Both the position numbers and the translations under genes were made by a program. From contig OZ024746.1 of assembly GCA_964016885.1 (NCBI GenBank), forward strand, positions 77,748,001 to 77,812,000: DNA of 64,000 bases, in the 5' to 3' direction. Of this stretch, positions 37,738 to 53,195 are shown piece after piece; within the stretch, counting starts at the first letter, position 1; each line of letters opens with the position of its first letter. The DNA is from Eledone cirrhosa (Eukaryota). The notes under the pieces were generated by a model. That model made no database searches, had not been told where the DNA came from, and saw nothing but the letters and a program-made list of their open reading frames with translations.

Positions 37738-38127
37738 AGGCTTAATGGTTCAGGTGTATGGTTCATGATCTTAAGGTGGTGAGTTCGATTCCTGGTGGGT
37801 TTTTGTGTCTTTGGGAAAGACACATTATTTCTCATTGCACCAGTTCACTCAGCGGGAAAAAAACTAGTTGTAGTTGTAATTCAAAAGGCCACCCATTTTA
37901 CACCCTGGTCTTTGCTGAATCTCCCTTACAAGTAAGTAAGTTAAGCATTACCTGCGTCTGTGTAATGCTCAGCCACTTGCATGTTCATTTCACAGCAGGC
38001 TGTTCTATTGATTAAATAGTTGTAACAATCTTTGTTGGAATTGACAAAAGCCCAACACACATACACTCATTTAACAACATCTATTTTTGTTCTAGTATAT
38101 TAAAGCTCAAAAATAATAATATTAATA

Positions 38128-38312
38128 ATAGTTGTTTCTACTTTTGGCACAAGGCCAGCAATTATCCCAGTTTATTACTGGTACTTTACTTTATCGACCA
38201 CCGTAAGGATGAAAGGCAAAGTTAACCTCGGCGAGATTTGGACTCAGACCACAAAGGGACGTAACTCTGTGCTGCAAAGCATGGTGTCTGACCTTCTACC
38301 GATGCTGCCAAA
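38128..38312 (-). mobile_element. SINE family C
   Basis: Reverse complement of 5995-6182. Confidence 0.8.
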
Positions 38313-38835
38313 TAATCTGTGTTGTGTATAGGCTGTTAGACATTTCTGTGATGTCTATAGTCTGTTAGACATTTCTGGTACCATGTCTTGGTATCATCAT
38401 TACTACCACCACCACCACCAACAACACTATCATTATCATTATCATCATCATCGTCATCATCAATGAATATAGTCTCATAAATCATCTGCCATGTATTATT
38501 TTGAATATTTAAAAAGAAAAAAAACCTTTCATTATCTGGCGATGTACTGCTTTTGATCAGCTCTGAATCTCTTGGTCATATTTACAACCACGATACCATT
38601 TGATAATGCAAAAATAAGTCAAGCTGGTAATAATGTAAATATTCTCAACTTCCACATTATGTGTTGAAAAAAGGTATGTGTTTGTTGTGTTAGCTTCTTG
38701 GAGAAGCTAAAACAACACATATTGGAACAAGTTGCTATAAGTTAAATAGACAAGCAGTCTGCTTACATTATTTCTTTTTTTTTTTTGACTATTCATACAT
38801 ATCTGTACACGTATATTATCAGCTATAGCCATACC

Positions 38836-38921
<86 letters not shown>

Positions 38922-39028
38922 TGTATGATTGTGTATATGTGTATAAACATGACGCAAATTTTAATACACATTTACATAGAATCATATGTATGTATATGTG
39001 TTTGAGCAAACATATATATATCTATGTA

Positions 39029-39140
<112 letters not shown>

Positions 39141-39322
39141 TATATATATATATCCAATTGAACATACAAATATAAAAATCAATACAACCATAAATAAGTA
39201 TATGTGTATGTGTGTAAATAAATATGCAGAAATGTACTTGTGTATAATAAAATCAATGCAGTCATGTGTTTGTGTGTATATATATTTATATGTATCTGTG
39301 TGTATATATATATGTGTGTGTA

Positions 39323-39382
<60 letters not shown>

Positions 39383-39387
39383 TACAA

Positions 39388-39436
<49 letters not shown>

Positions 39437-39443
39437 TACAATG

Positions 39444-39478
<35 letters not shown>

Positions 39479-39543
39479 TATATACAATGATATATATATA
39501 TATATATGTCTTAAGGTGTTGTAACCTTATGTTACTGTTGGTT

Positions 39544-39677
<134 letters not shown>

Positions 39678-39969
39678 AGACATGTTCAATAATAATAATA
39701 ATGTTTGTGTGTGGATGATATTTAATATTTATATATGAAATTCTGTATTTATATTCATATATTCATGTGCATGTGTATGTACATATTATATATACATACA
39801 GACAAACCAACACACACATATATTATATTATATATATATATATAAATATATATATACATACATATATATATGTATGTATGCATATATGTATATATATATA
39901 TATATATATGTATGTATATATATATATTGATATATACACATATGCATATCATATATATATATATATGTG

Positions 39970-40034
<65 letters not shown>

Positions 40035-40209
40035 ATGTATACTTTTTATTTATTTATTTATTTATTTATTCCATTGCAATTGTCATTCGCCATCCAAAGT
40101 ATGTTCTGAATTAGCAAGAAAATACTGAGAAGATAAAGCTATCGGTTGAAGAGAAAGAAATTACTCATGAAGTACGCAAGTGAGTGTGCAGCTATGCATA
40201 AGCTCTGCA

Positions 40210-41060
<851 letters not shown>

Positions 41061-41438
41061 ACCCCCCCCCCCCACACACACACATATATATCCCACTGTC
41101 AGGAAGACATGATGGAAGCATATCTGAGATCTCTTGGAAAAGACGAAGAGGAGGAATGAGTAGTGGTAGTAGTAGTAGTAGTAGTAGTAGTAGAGGAAGT
41201 GGAAGAAGGACTAGGAAAAAAGAGGGTGATGGAGAGGAAGAAGGACTAGAGAGAAGAAGAAGATGGCGGAGAATGGGAGGGGAATAAGCTAGGGTCTTAT
41301 TGATTTTATGAAATGCTTTTAGACTTTGTGCTATCTCAGTTCTGCTTGACATAGTGACAGATACATACCTATATTCTAGCATTAGTGAGATTTTTATATC
41401 TGTTTTTTTTTTTATGTATTATTATTATTATTATCATT

Positions 41439-41469
<31 letters not shown>

Positions 41470-41474
41470 TTATT

Positions 41475-41509
<35 letters not shown>

Positions 41510-41646
41510 TTGTTTTGTTTTTATATTTCTGCCTTTCTCACTTTTTTCTTCTGCATTGCTTTAAAAAAATGTTTTTTGTTCTCTTCTTGGATCTTATTTT
41601 TCATGTATATATACATACATATATATATAAATGTGTGTGTATGTAG

Positions 41647-41702
<56 letters not shown>

Positions 41703-42214
41703 ATGTAGACACCACACACACATATATGTGTGTGTATTTACATACAGACACAGACATATATACACATGCATATATATATATATCTGTCTCTTTCTATATA
41801 TATGTATACACACATATATATATAGATATACATATACATATACTGAGGTCCCCCTTGCTTTTTATTTTATTTTTTACTATCTGTTACCTCCCCTTTTCCC
41901 CCTCTCTTCTTTTTCATTTTTAGTACTGTATTTTTTTCCTCTTCCTCAGTTTTCCTTTGCAGTTTTTCCTTTTTTTTTTCTGTTTTTTTTTTCCCTTATA
42001 CTCTAATCTAAAGAGTAAATGTAATAGGAATAGTGAGACAAAAACAAATAAATAAAATATATGAAATAAGAGGAATAAAATAGAAGAACCAAGCTGGAAT
42101 AAATAAATATGTGCAGTAAAATAAACCTAAATATAAAGAAATAGAAAGAAATTACATATCTATCTATCTATTTATTTATATGTGTGTGTGTGTGTGTGTG
42201 TATGTACATATATA

Positions 42215-42264
<50 letters not shown>

Positions 42265-42274
42265 TACGTGTGTT

Positions 42275-42345
<71 letters not shown>

Positions 42346-43704
42346 GTACACATACAAAAGAGAAAAAAAACACACCCGGCACACATAAGAAACTAGAAAT
42401 AGCAAAGAGGAGGAAATATATTAACAAAAAAAAAAACGAAAAGAAGAAATGATAAAAAAAAAACAAGTAGTTGTATGAAAGATGTAGGAGGGGGAGAAGA
42501 AGAAGGGTGAAGGGGGGATAGTAGGAGGAAGAAAATGGAGTTTTCCCTAGCTGCTGTGGAATCTTATTCCATCCAAACTGCCACAGCTTGCAGATTTCTG
42601 ATTACTATGTAAAAAAAGAAAAATACAAAAAAAAACCAACAACAAAAAGCAAGAAAAACAAAAACTTGTCTGTTGGTCAGTGATTGATGACAGCTTTTTC
42701 AGTAGGGAGTGTAAAATGTTATTTTCAGGTGCTGACAAGAAATTCTGTTGCCTGGTAACTGTCAGCTTTATTACTTTACTTACTTACCTTACTTACCTCC
42801 CTTGTCTCTGCCTTGTCCCTCCTCGTCTTGCTCTCCCCATCTTGTTCAATCCTCCAATGCAGATATATCCAGTGAAATAATAATGTTTTGCCACCAACCT
42901 GCTATCACCCTTCATTCTATTTTTCATAGCTTACCAGAACTATCTACCCAGTTACTTACTTACCCACTTATCTCCCCTGTCATCCACTCTCCTTGCTCAG
43001 TCCACTAAAAACCAATATATACACCAAGCACCCCCATTCTTTGTTTTTAATCTTATTACATCTATTTATCTATCTACCTAATTACTTATTTACTGTTCAC
43101 TGTCCTGTATATACTCTCCTCTCCTCTGCTCCTTCTTCCAATGACCAACACCAATATATTCAACAGAATAATGCCACCAATCACCAACCTCCATTCTTTC
43201 TTTCTGACTTCATGAAATTTATATAGCCTCCCAGATACTTACTTACTTCCCCTGTCTCTGCCACTTTTTTGCTCTGCTTGCCCACAACCCACCAACTCCA
43301 ATATTCAGCAGAATAATAACCCATCAACTACCAACATGAAGGCATGTGGCATAGTGATTAAGATATTGAACCCACGATCATAAGGTCATGGGTTTGAATT
43401 CTTTGGCCAGGTGTCAAGATGTGTTCTTCAGTGAGACACTTCATTTCACGTTGCATTCCTATGAGATGTACCCTTTTAAGGCACCAGTTAAACCTACATA
43501 GGTTTGAGCTGTTAGTTTAATTTCATACCACCAGCTGCCATTCTTTCTTTCTAATCTTACCATCTCCATCCATCTATTCACTTACCTGTCTCACTATATC
43601 ATCTCTTCCTTGCTCAATCCACCAACTCCAGTATATCTAGGAGAATAAATACTACTACTACTACTACTACTACTACTGCTACTACTACTACTAATAATAA
43701 TAAT

Positions 43705-44574
43705 GCTTTCTTTATTAACCACAAGGGTTTACATAAAGTAGACATTAAGGACAGTACAGGACAATACAGGACGGTACAAATGGGCATTTCTGCGTGTAAA
43801 AAACAAGAAACAGAGGATGTAATAATAGAACAATGAAAAAATTCCCCAATAGGGGGGAGACTTCCGAGGGACATTTGTGGAGAAAGCCCATTAAAAAGCC
43901 ACAGTGACCCTGACCACCAGGGCAAGTGCCCTCTCTCAGTTTTCCACCTTTAATTTACAGACATATACTCAGAGTAGGCCCGTTCAGTTGGGCCATTCTT
44001 GCCTCTCTCACCCATCTTTCAACAAAATGCTGGGAAGAGAGCACTCCCCTCTCTACCCTGATTTTCCTTTTCAAATGAAATTTGAAAAAGTTAATCAGGG
44101 CATCACCGAAGAGGTAAGTGCTCGTCTTCAGCCCTTTCAAACATGTCCACCATACTATCTCTTTCGCCATGGCCACCAGACAGATAAAAACTGCCTGCCC
44201 TTCCCGGCTAAAGGAAGGGGGTGGGGCAATCCTCACGATGGACTCAGCTGATAGCTGGATCCGACCTACATGCGACAGCAGGTGTTCGAGATAAACCCAC
44301 AAGTCAGCAATGCTCGGACACTGGACGAGTGCGTGCAGGACGGTTTCGTCGCCCTGCGCGCATCTCGGACATGCCCGGCTGACGGCACCTCCATGCCTGT
44401 AGAGTTTATCCCGAACTGGCAAAGCTCCTCGGTAGCACTGCCAGGCCAGGGATTTCTGGAAGTTGTCCATAGGCCCCGGTCCGAAAGTTCTTCCGAAGAG
44501 ATTAGCTAGTTGATTTTCGTCGACGCCTAGAGTTTCCCCAAGTACGTCGTCGCTCTTCCCCTCCACTAATCCTC

Positions 44575-44576
<2 letters not shown>
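43705..44576 (-). mobile_element. L1/Tx1-clade LINE 3' fragment with a zf-RVT zinc knuckle (ORF 43955-44566)
   Basis: AWQCYRGALPVRDKL...CPRC...ETVLHALVQCP...W is the zf-RVT consensus (W...LP...CxxC..ET..H....CP). The 3' UTR has AATAAA, and the element sits inside (AAT)n. Confidence 0.85.
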
Positions 44577-44611
<35 letters not shown>

Positions 44612-44614
<3 letters not shown>

Positions 44615-45062
44615 GTTTCTGATTTAGGCACAAGGCCAATGATTTTGGGAGAGGGGAAAGTCAATTAAATCGACCCCAGCGTGTTACTGGTACTTTATTT
44701 TATCAAGCCCGTAAGGCAAAGCTAATCTCGGCGGGATTTGAACTCAGGACATAAAGGGCTGTAACTCTATGCTGTAAAGCATGTTGTTCAACATTCTACC
44801 GATACTGCCATTATTATTAATATTATTATTATTATTATTATTATTATTCTTTCTAGCATTTTCACAAGGCCAGCAATTTGAGGGAAGTGTGGAAAGTCGA
44901 TCACATTGATCCTCAGTATTTCACTGGTACTTTGTTTTATTGACCACAGAAGGATAAAAAGTAAAGCTGACTTTGGCAGGATTTGATCTCAGAAAGTAAA
45001 GTGTGGGAAAAAATACTGCATGACATTTTGTCTGATGTTATAACAATATTGCCAATCCACCA
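44612..45062 (-). mobile_element. Two tandem SINE family C copies
   Basis: CACAAGGCCA...CTGGTACTTT...GGATTTGA(A/T)CTCAG occurs twice, separated by (ATT)n. Confidence 0.7.
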
Positions 45063-45916
45063 CTCAGAAAAAAAATAGTTATAATACCACAAATCAACCA
45101 CCACCACTCTTTCTTCTAATCTTATCAAATCTATCTAAGCCACCCAGTGTAAAGGGGAAACATGGCTCATGGGTTAGAGAGTTTGGTTCACAATCATAAG
45201 GTCATGAATTAGATTCCTAACGACACATTGTGTTCTTGAGCAAGATATTTTATTTCATGTTGCTCCAGTCCTCTCAGCTTATCACACCTGTCACATTGAA
45301 AGTGAACAGTGTATGAGTCATGATATACATGTGTGCATGTGTATGGAGGGGGAATATTAGGTGTAGTGTTGGAAAATTTCAGGAAGTAATAATACCACAA
45401 ACACCACTCATAAGGTCATGAATTAGATTCCTAACGACACATTCTGTTCTTGAGCAAGATACTTTATTTCATGTTGCTCCAGTCCTCTCAGCTGGAAGAA
45501 AAAGTTGTTGTACTAATTCAAACTGCCAACCTTATCACACCCTGTCACATTCAATCTCCCTGGGCACTACATTAAGGGTATGTATGTCTGTGGAATGGTC
45601 AGGCATTTGCACATTAATTCAATGATCAGACTGTCTTATCGATCAAACAACTGGAATACTTATCGTTGTAACTAATGAAGGTCCAAAATTCACAACTACC
45701 GAATTCAAGACTTTTTTTCCCTCCCAGATTCAATAATATTGGTTGAAAAGAAAAAGTAGTTGCATGTGTGTGAGTGTGCTCTCTTTTTTTTTATCTTTTA
45801 ACTTTTAACTTTTGTTTCTGATCTTTTGCATGAGTTTGTGCATGTTTTCTCCCCACCTCCTTTACTTATTTTATTAGTACTAGAACTTAGCTGTAAAAAC
45901 ATGTTTCTTGATTTTG

Positions 45917-45952
<36 letters not shown>

Positions 45953-46044
45953 GCTAATATTATCAGGCTTCCTAAAAGCTTCCTCTAGTTTTGCTTAGGT
46001 AGATATATTGGCTGTGTTGCACACACACCTACACACACACACAC

Positions 46045-46108
<64 letters not shown>

Positions 46109-46467
46109 TTCTATGCATACATACACACACATATATGCATACACACACCCATGTGTGTGTATGCATATATATATATATATATAAATATGCATACACACAC
46201 ATATATATCTATATATATACATGTATTGGCTCTACCAAGCAAAGAGTTTGCCTGCTTTTTCAGCTTGCTTTCATGTTTCTCTCTCTCTTCTGGTCATTGA
46301 GCTTGATTACTTGTCGTTTGATCTAGCTACTTGGCATTGAACTGTAAGAAGAGGTCGCAGGCTTGATGGAATTACTTAAGTGTTTATTACAAGGATTATT
46401 AAAAGACTTGTTGTCTTAGAATTTACTCCATTGATTTCTACTGCTCTAACACACATTCTCTCTCTCT

Positions 46468-46525
<58 letters not shown>

Positions 46526-46776
46526 TGGGTGTGTGTATGTATGTATATATACATATGTGGGCGTGCTTGTGTGCATGTTTCCTTGTATATGTGTTGTGGT
46601 CTAACATTTTCTCTCTATATGTGTGTGTGTGTGTCACTATTAGTGTGTGCACATGCATGTAAATACACGTGTGTGCAGGTACTTGTGTGCATGCGTCCTT
46701 GTATAGGTAGTGTACCTTAACATTTTCTCAGTGTATATATGTTTCTGTGTGAATATGTGTTTGTATATGTATGCTT

Positions 46777-46831
<55 letters not shown>

Positions 46832-47085
46832 TATTTATGTAGGCGTGTGTTTGTATGAGATGTATATAAGCATGTGACGATGGCTCTGTGGTACCACAGC
46901 GTCTAATGATCATTCCACCGAAAAGATGTGAACTGGAGAGAAAGCTAACAACAAGAATTGCATGTTGTTCACACAAGGCAAAAGAATCACTCAGTAGAAA
47001 AGGAAAAAGTGGGCAGAGGCAGGTGTGGGGGCTGTGTTGTAGGTATTTGATATCATCATCATCACCTCTGCTATTCCATGCTCAT

Positions 47086-47875
47086 ATGGGTTGATAGGTC
47101 TTCTCCACCACAGAATGGGTTGGATAGGTCTTCTCCGCCACAGAATGGATTTGATAGGTCTTCTCCACCACAGAATGGGTTTGTTTGGTCTTCTCCACCA
47201 CAGAATGGGTTTGTTTGGTCTTCTTCAGCACAGAATGGGTTTGTTTGGTCTTCTTCAGCACAGAATGGGTTTGTTTGGTCTTCTCCACCACAGAATGGGT
47301 TGGATAGGTCTTCTCCACCACAGAATGGGTTTGTTTGGTCTTCTTCAGCACAGAATGGGTTTGTTTGGTCTTCTTCAGCACAGAATGGGTTTGTTTGGTC
47401 TTCTTCAGCACAGAATGGGTTTGTTTGGTCTTCTTCAGCGCAGAATGGGTTTGTTTGGTCTTCTTCAGCACAGAATGGGTTTGTTAAGTCTTCTCCACCA
47501 CAGAATGGGTTGGATAGGTCTTCTCCGCCACAGAATGGATTTGATAGGTCTTCTCCACCACAGAATGGGTTTGTTTGGTCTTCTCCACCACAGAATGGGT
47601 TTGTTTGGTCTTCTTCAGCACAGAATGGGTTTGTTTGGTCTTCTTCAGCACAGAATGGGTTTGTTTGGTCTTCTTCACCACAGAATGGGTTTGTTTGGTC
47701 TTCTTCAGCACAGAATGGGTTTGTTTGGTCTTCTTCAGCACAGAATGGGTTTGTTTGGTCTTCTTCAGCACAGAATGGGTTTGTTTGGTCTTCTTCAGCA
47801 CAGAATGGGTTTGTTTGGTCTTCTTCATCACAGAATGGGTTTGTTAGGTCTTCTTCAGCACAGAATGGGTTTGTT
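47086..47875. repeat. 30-bp minisatellite, about 26 units, with a 390-bp higher-order duplication
   Basis: Unit GGTCTTCTTCAGCACAGAATGGGTTTGTTT; the rare variant CCGCCACAGAATGGAT occurs in the units starting at 47131 and 47521. Confidence 0.95.
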
Positions 47876-48135
47876 CCAGGAGGTCCTGTGAGAAGCAACC
47901 ATCTCCATAATTCATCCAGCTGAATCCCCAAGTGTGACCAACTGAGTACATGGATGTTATCCAACCATCTTAGTTGGAGTCTACCCCTGGGTCTCCTTCC
48001 TGTAAAATCTGTCCAGTGATTCTTTCCTAAGACATTCTAACCACATGTCTGTAATATTGCAGCTGTGGCCTCTCAATTTGAAGAAGTAGCAGCTCTAGCT
48101 TGAGTGACTCTCTGATCTTCGAGTTATGCAACACA
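47876..48135 (-). mobile_element. RTE LINE 3' fragment
   Basis: The minus strand encodes RHVVRMS*ERITGQILQE..(RPRGR)..RWLDNIH..SWSHLGI, homologous to 31-155 and 57600-57790. Confidence 0.7.
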
Positions 48136-49112
48136 TTGCCTAATCTGGAAGTCAAACTCACAACTTTACAATCCTGAGTTGAACGCTGTAACCACTAAAT
48201 GACAAAAGGTTTAAACTAGGTGATGATAAAGATGCAACACATTGCTCAATATATAAATTGAACTCACAACTTTAAGTTACTGAGCAGAACACTGTAACCA
48301 CTAAGCCATGAAAAGTTTAAGCTGGGTGATGATTAAATTTATCACCCGGTCTCCAAATTGTCATAGATTTTTTTTTTCTGGTGTATGTTAGTGAAGGTCT
48401 AGATGACCTTTCTGTAGCTATCTCCATGAATATTTCAAGTAATATATGTCAAAGTTTCAGACAACCCACCTAATACAATGTGGTTTCAAAACTTTACATT
48501 CATGAACCACTAAATCATGAGAGGTTTAAACTAGGTGATGTTAAGAATGCAGCACATTGCCCAATCTGGAAGTCAAACTCCCAACTTTATGATCCTGAGC
48601 TGAACATGATAACCACTTAGCCACAAAAGATTTAATCTGGGTGATGATAAGGACGTAGCACATTGCCCAATATATAAATTGAGCTCACAACTTTACAATC
48701 CTGAGCTGAACATCATAACCACTAAATCATAAAAGGTTTAAACTAGGTGATGATAAGGATTCAACACATTGCCCAATATATAAATTGAACTCCCAACTTT
48801 ATGATCCTGAGTTGAACACTGTAACCACTAAATCACGAGAGGTTTAACCGGGATTATGATAAGGAGGGAGAACTGCCCCATGCGGGAGTCAAAGTCTCAA
48901 CTTTACGATCCTGATATGAATACTGTAACCGCTAAGCCATGAAAAGTTCAAGCTGGGTGATGGTTAAATTTATCACCCAGTCTCCAAATTTCCATAGTTT
49001 TTTTTCCTGGTGTTTGTGAAGATCTGGATGACCTTTCTGTAGCTATCTCCATGAATATTTCAAGTAATATATGTCAAAGTTTCAGACAATCCACCTGATA
49101 CAATGTGGCTTC
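48128..49112 (-). repeat. Tandem array of SINE tRNA-like heads (~107-bp units, six copies) with a ~630-bp secondary duplication
   Basis: Units begin CACATTGCC at about 48131, 48238, 48554, 48659, 48766 and 48870. The minus strand reads TTAGTGGTTA...G(A)GTTCAATT. 48300-48490 is repeated at 48930-49112. Confidence 0.7.
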
Positions 49113-49515
49113 AAGCTGTTCAGATTAATTATTGATTACTAAGAATACAAATACTTTACTAAATTGAAATTGGATGTCATGTTTTGTTACTGATTTTTAT
49201 TGTTGTTGTTTCTTTGTTTTTTTTGTTTGTTTATGAACTTAGTTTAACTTCTAGATGATTTATATGTGGAAAGGTGTATGCAGTTGCTCTGGGGATTTAC
49301 AATAACGCATGATGTGTGTGAGGGTACCTGTGTGCGTGTGTGTGTGTGCATGCATAAATGGACACATGTTAGTGAATCTGTGTCCTTGTATATTTGCAAA
49401 CTTTCTATACATGCTTTGATTTGCTAACCAAACTTTTCTGATTTGTTATCAATGTTATATATGCACATATATGTACATATGTGTGTGTATGTGTGTATAC
49501 ATATTGTGTGTATGC

Positions 49516-49556
<41 letters not shown>

Positions 49557-50055
49557 CTTAGTGAACTGAGCTGCCTGCCATGTCAGTCAACAAATATTTT
49601 TGCCTGTTCTCAAGTTGTCAAGTTTTGTGTTTCATTCATTTATCATCTTATAAACCCTGTTGATTCCTTACAGGTGTTGCTAAAAACACTGAGACTCTTT
49701 AGCTAATGTTAAATTGATTTTCCTGTTGTCTTGTTTCCTATGTAACAAATGTTAATTCTTTGTTTAACCCTTGTGTTTGATACACTTCCTCTTGTTTAAC
49801 ACATAAGCAACTAATTTCTTAGTAAACTGTCTCTTACTCTTTTTTCTGCCCAAACCAGATTTTTAATGTAGGCGGTGAATTGGTAGAGTCGTTAGAATGT
49901 CGGATAGAATGCTTTGAGGTATTTGTTCCAGCTCTCTGCTCTCTCAGTTCAAATCCTGTCGAGGTCAACTTTGAGGTTGATAAAAAAAAAAAAAAATATA
50001 TACCAATCTCATACTAGGGTTGATGTTTTCCTCTATATCTTTTCGTCAATTCCAT

Positions 50056-50091
<36 letters not shown>

Positions 50092-51758
50092 GCTTTAGAG
50101 GAAATCTGCTGTATTCAGATCTGGAGAGGTGATGAGCTCTGCCATGTTTTAAAAAATATCCTAGAAATGCTATATGTCAATGTGGTGCCCTTAAGACTCC
50201 CTTGGGAGTTACGGGATAGAGAAGAGAAGTATGTCCTTATGAAGAGGGCTGGATTAATAAAGTTTTGTAATGCTTTCGTAGAAAATATCGAAAAATGGGT
50301 TTGTTAATTCAAATGTTTCTATTATCTTTTATTAGTGGACAGTTTGTTGTGAAAATTTGCAGTATAGGAGTATAGGCTTTAATTTTTTAATGGAATGCTT
50401 TCTACTTTTGAAGAATGTTGTGTTAATGTGGTCCCATGTGGTGCATTAATAATTAATGCCTTTCTGTATTTGTTGAGGTTCTCTACCTTCCCAGTTCAAA
50501 TCCCACCGAGGTCAACTTTATTGTTTCTTTTTTTCCTCAGTTTCCATTTCAACTAACCTTTCAAATATTTTCTGCTCGTGCTTTTATATGTCACACATGC
50601 TTTTCCATATGTACATGCACACACACACACACAAACACACATTCATAATCACACAGAGAGGCGAATGCATTCACATTCTCTCTCTCACTCTCTCTCTCGC
50701 TCTTTCCCCTTTTCTCTCTTTCTTTCCTTCTCTCTTCCTCCCTCTCTCTTTCTCACACACATGCACAATTGCACTTTCTTTCTCCCCTTTCACTCTCTCT
50801 CTCCCACACACACACAATCTTTCTCACGCACACACACGCACTCCCTCTTTCCCTCTCCAATTTCTCTCTCTCGCTTTCTCTCTCTTCTCTCTCTTTCTCT
50901 CCTCTTTCTCTCTTCTCTCTCTTTCTCCCTCTTTCTCTCACTCCCCCTCTCTCTCTCTCTCCGTTCCCTCCCTCTCTCCCTCACACACACACACACACAC
51001 ACTCCCTCTTTCCCTCTCCTATTTCTCTCTCTCGCTTTCTCTCTTTCCCTCCTTTCTCTCTTTCTCTTCTCTCTCTTTCTCCCTCTTTCTCCCCCCCCCC
51101 TCTCTCTCTCCATTCTCTCCCTCTCTCCATCACACACACAATCTCCTTTCCCTATGGGCCCCGCCATACCCACCCACCTACAGACAGATCCCCCCTCTCT
51201 CTCTCTCTCTCTCTCCATTCTCTCCCTCTCTCCCTCACACACACAATCTCCTTTCCCTATGGGCCCCGCCATACCCACCCAACCAACCACCCACCCACCC
51301 ACAGACAGACAGACAGACATACCCACTATATCTATATAACCTAATGATGTTGTAAATACACCGGTGCTCTTCACTGAAACTATTCTCTGCTGTTCAGTTA
51401 CTGATTATAACTCTTGTCTCTCACCCCCCCCCCCTCTCTCTCTCCCCCTCCCCCCGCCCCTCCCCCAAGATCAATGCCTCTGCCTATGTAATGTATGTTA
51501 TTAAAGAATAGCTTATCTATTTTGAAAATTACATGTCGATAGATATCTATAATTAAATGTTAGAACTGTATTAAAGCTTCTCTTCTCCCTACGTGTGTGT
51601 GTGTGCGTGTATGTGTAAGGTGTATGTATGTAAGTGTGTGTGGGTGTGAGCATATATGTACATGGGTGTGTGTGTGTATATATATATGTATATATGTATT
51701 TGTGTGTGTATATATATATGTGTGTGTGTGTGTGTTTGTCTATGTGTATTTGTCTATG

Positions 51759-51795
<37 letters not shown>

Positions 51796-51853
51796 TTGTG
51801 TGTGTATGTGTGTGTATATATATATGTATATTTATTTGTATATGTATGTGTGC

Positions 51854-51898
<45 letters not shown>

Positions 51899-52010
51899 CA
51901 CACACGCACATATATATATATATATATATTTATTTGTATATGTATGTGTGTATATATATCATCATCATCATCATCGTTTAATGTCTATCTTCCACGCTAG
52001 CATGGGTTAG

Positions 52011-52059
<49 letters not shown>

Positions 52060-52094
52060 GCAAACATGCACACACACACATATATATATATACA

Positions 52095-52440
52095 TACCTC
52101 CCGCCGCCACCCCCACCCCATCCACACCACCCCGTTCTATGTAAAGTTATGTTGGTGCCGCGCCATCCAGGCCGAAACAAATGAGATCGTGTAGGTGTCA
52201 CGACAAAAAAACACACAGTCCACGCTGTAATGTGGCCGTGTAGGCAACACGGTAAAAACCTCCCAGACCCACACTGTAAATGTGGTTGGTGTTAGGAAGG
52301 GCATCCAACTGTAGAAAACCTGCCAGACAGTCCTATGCGAGCAAGACAATCACTCTTGCCTCAAGTGGGACTACCCCCGTCCAAACCCATGCAAGCGTGG
52401 AACACGGACGTTAAACGTTGATGATGATGATGATGATGAT
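52095..52440 (+). mobile_element. SINE-like family B
   Basis: Colinear with 7700-8036. Confidence 0.8.
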
Positions 52441-52664
52441 ATATATATATATATTTATATATATGTGTGTGTGTGTATGTGCATATTTATATATATATAT
52501 GTATGTATATTTATATAAAGGTGAGTGTGTGTGTGTGGTGTGTGAGTGAGTGTATGTGTATATATATATATATATATATGTGTGTATGTGCATATTTATT
52601 TATATATATATATGTATGTATATTTATATAAAGGTGAGTGTGTGTGTGTGGTGTGTGAGTGAGT

Positions 52665-52712
<48 letters not shown>

Positions 52713-52775
52713 ATGTGCATTTATATATATATATGCATGTATATTTATATAAAGGTGTGTGTGAGTGAGTGAGTG

Positions 52776-52837
<62 letters not shown>

Positions 52838-53070
52838 GTGTGTGTGTGTGTGTGTGTGTGTATTATACACATATGAACATGTCACACTCACACATGTGTA
52901 TAATCTTGTAATATTATATCTGATAGAAAAGTGTAGCCTTGCATAAAAATGGCATTAATACCTACTGTAGTAGAGAGGTTTGGTGTATATGTACATATAC
53001 ACACTCACACACATGTATATATAGACATATACGCATATATCATCATTATCATCATCATTATATATAAGTG

Positions 53071-53120
<50 letters not shown>

Positions 53121-53135
53121 TATACACACACATAT

Positions 53136-53195
<60 letters not shown>

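Noticed and set aside
51343-51406. C/D-box snoRNA-like motifs (ATGATGT...CTGA...CTGA)
   Set aside because: Imperfect C box, no terminal stem, and no rRNA-complementary guide that I can recognise.
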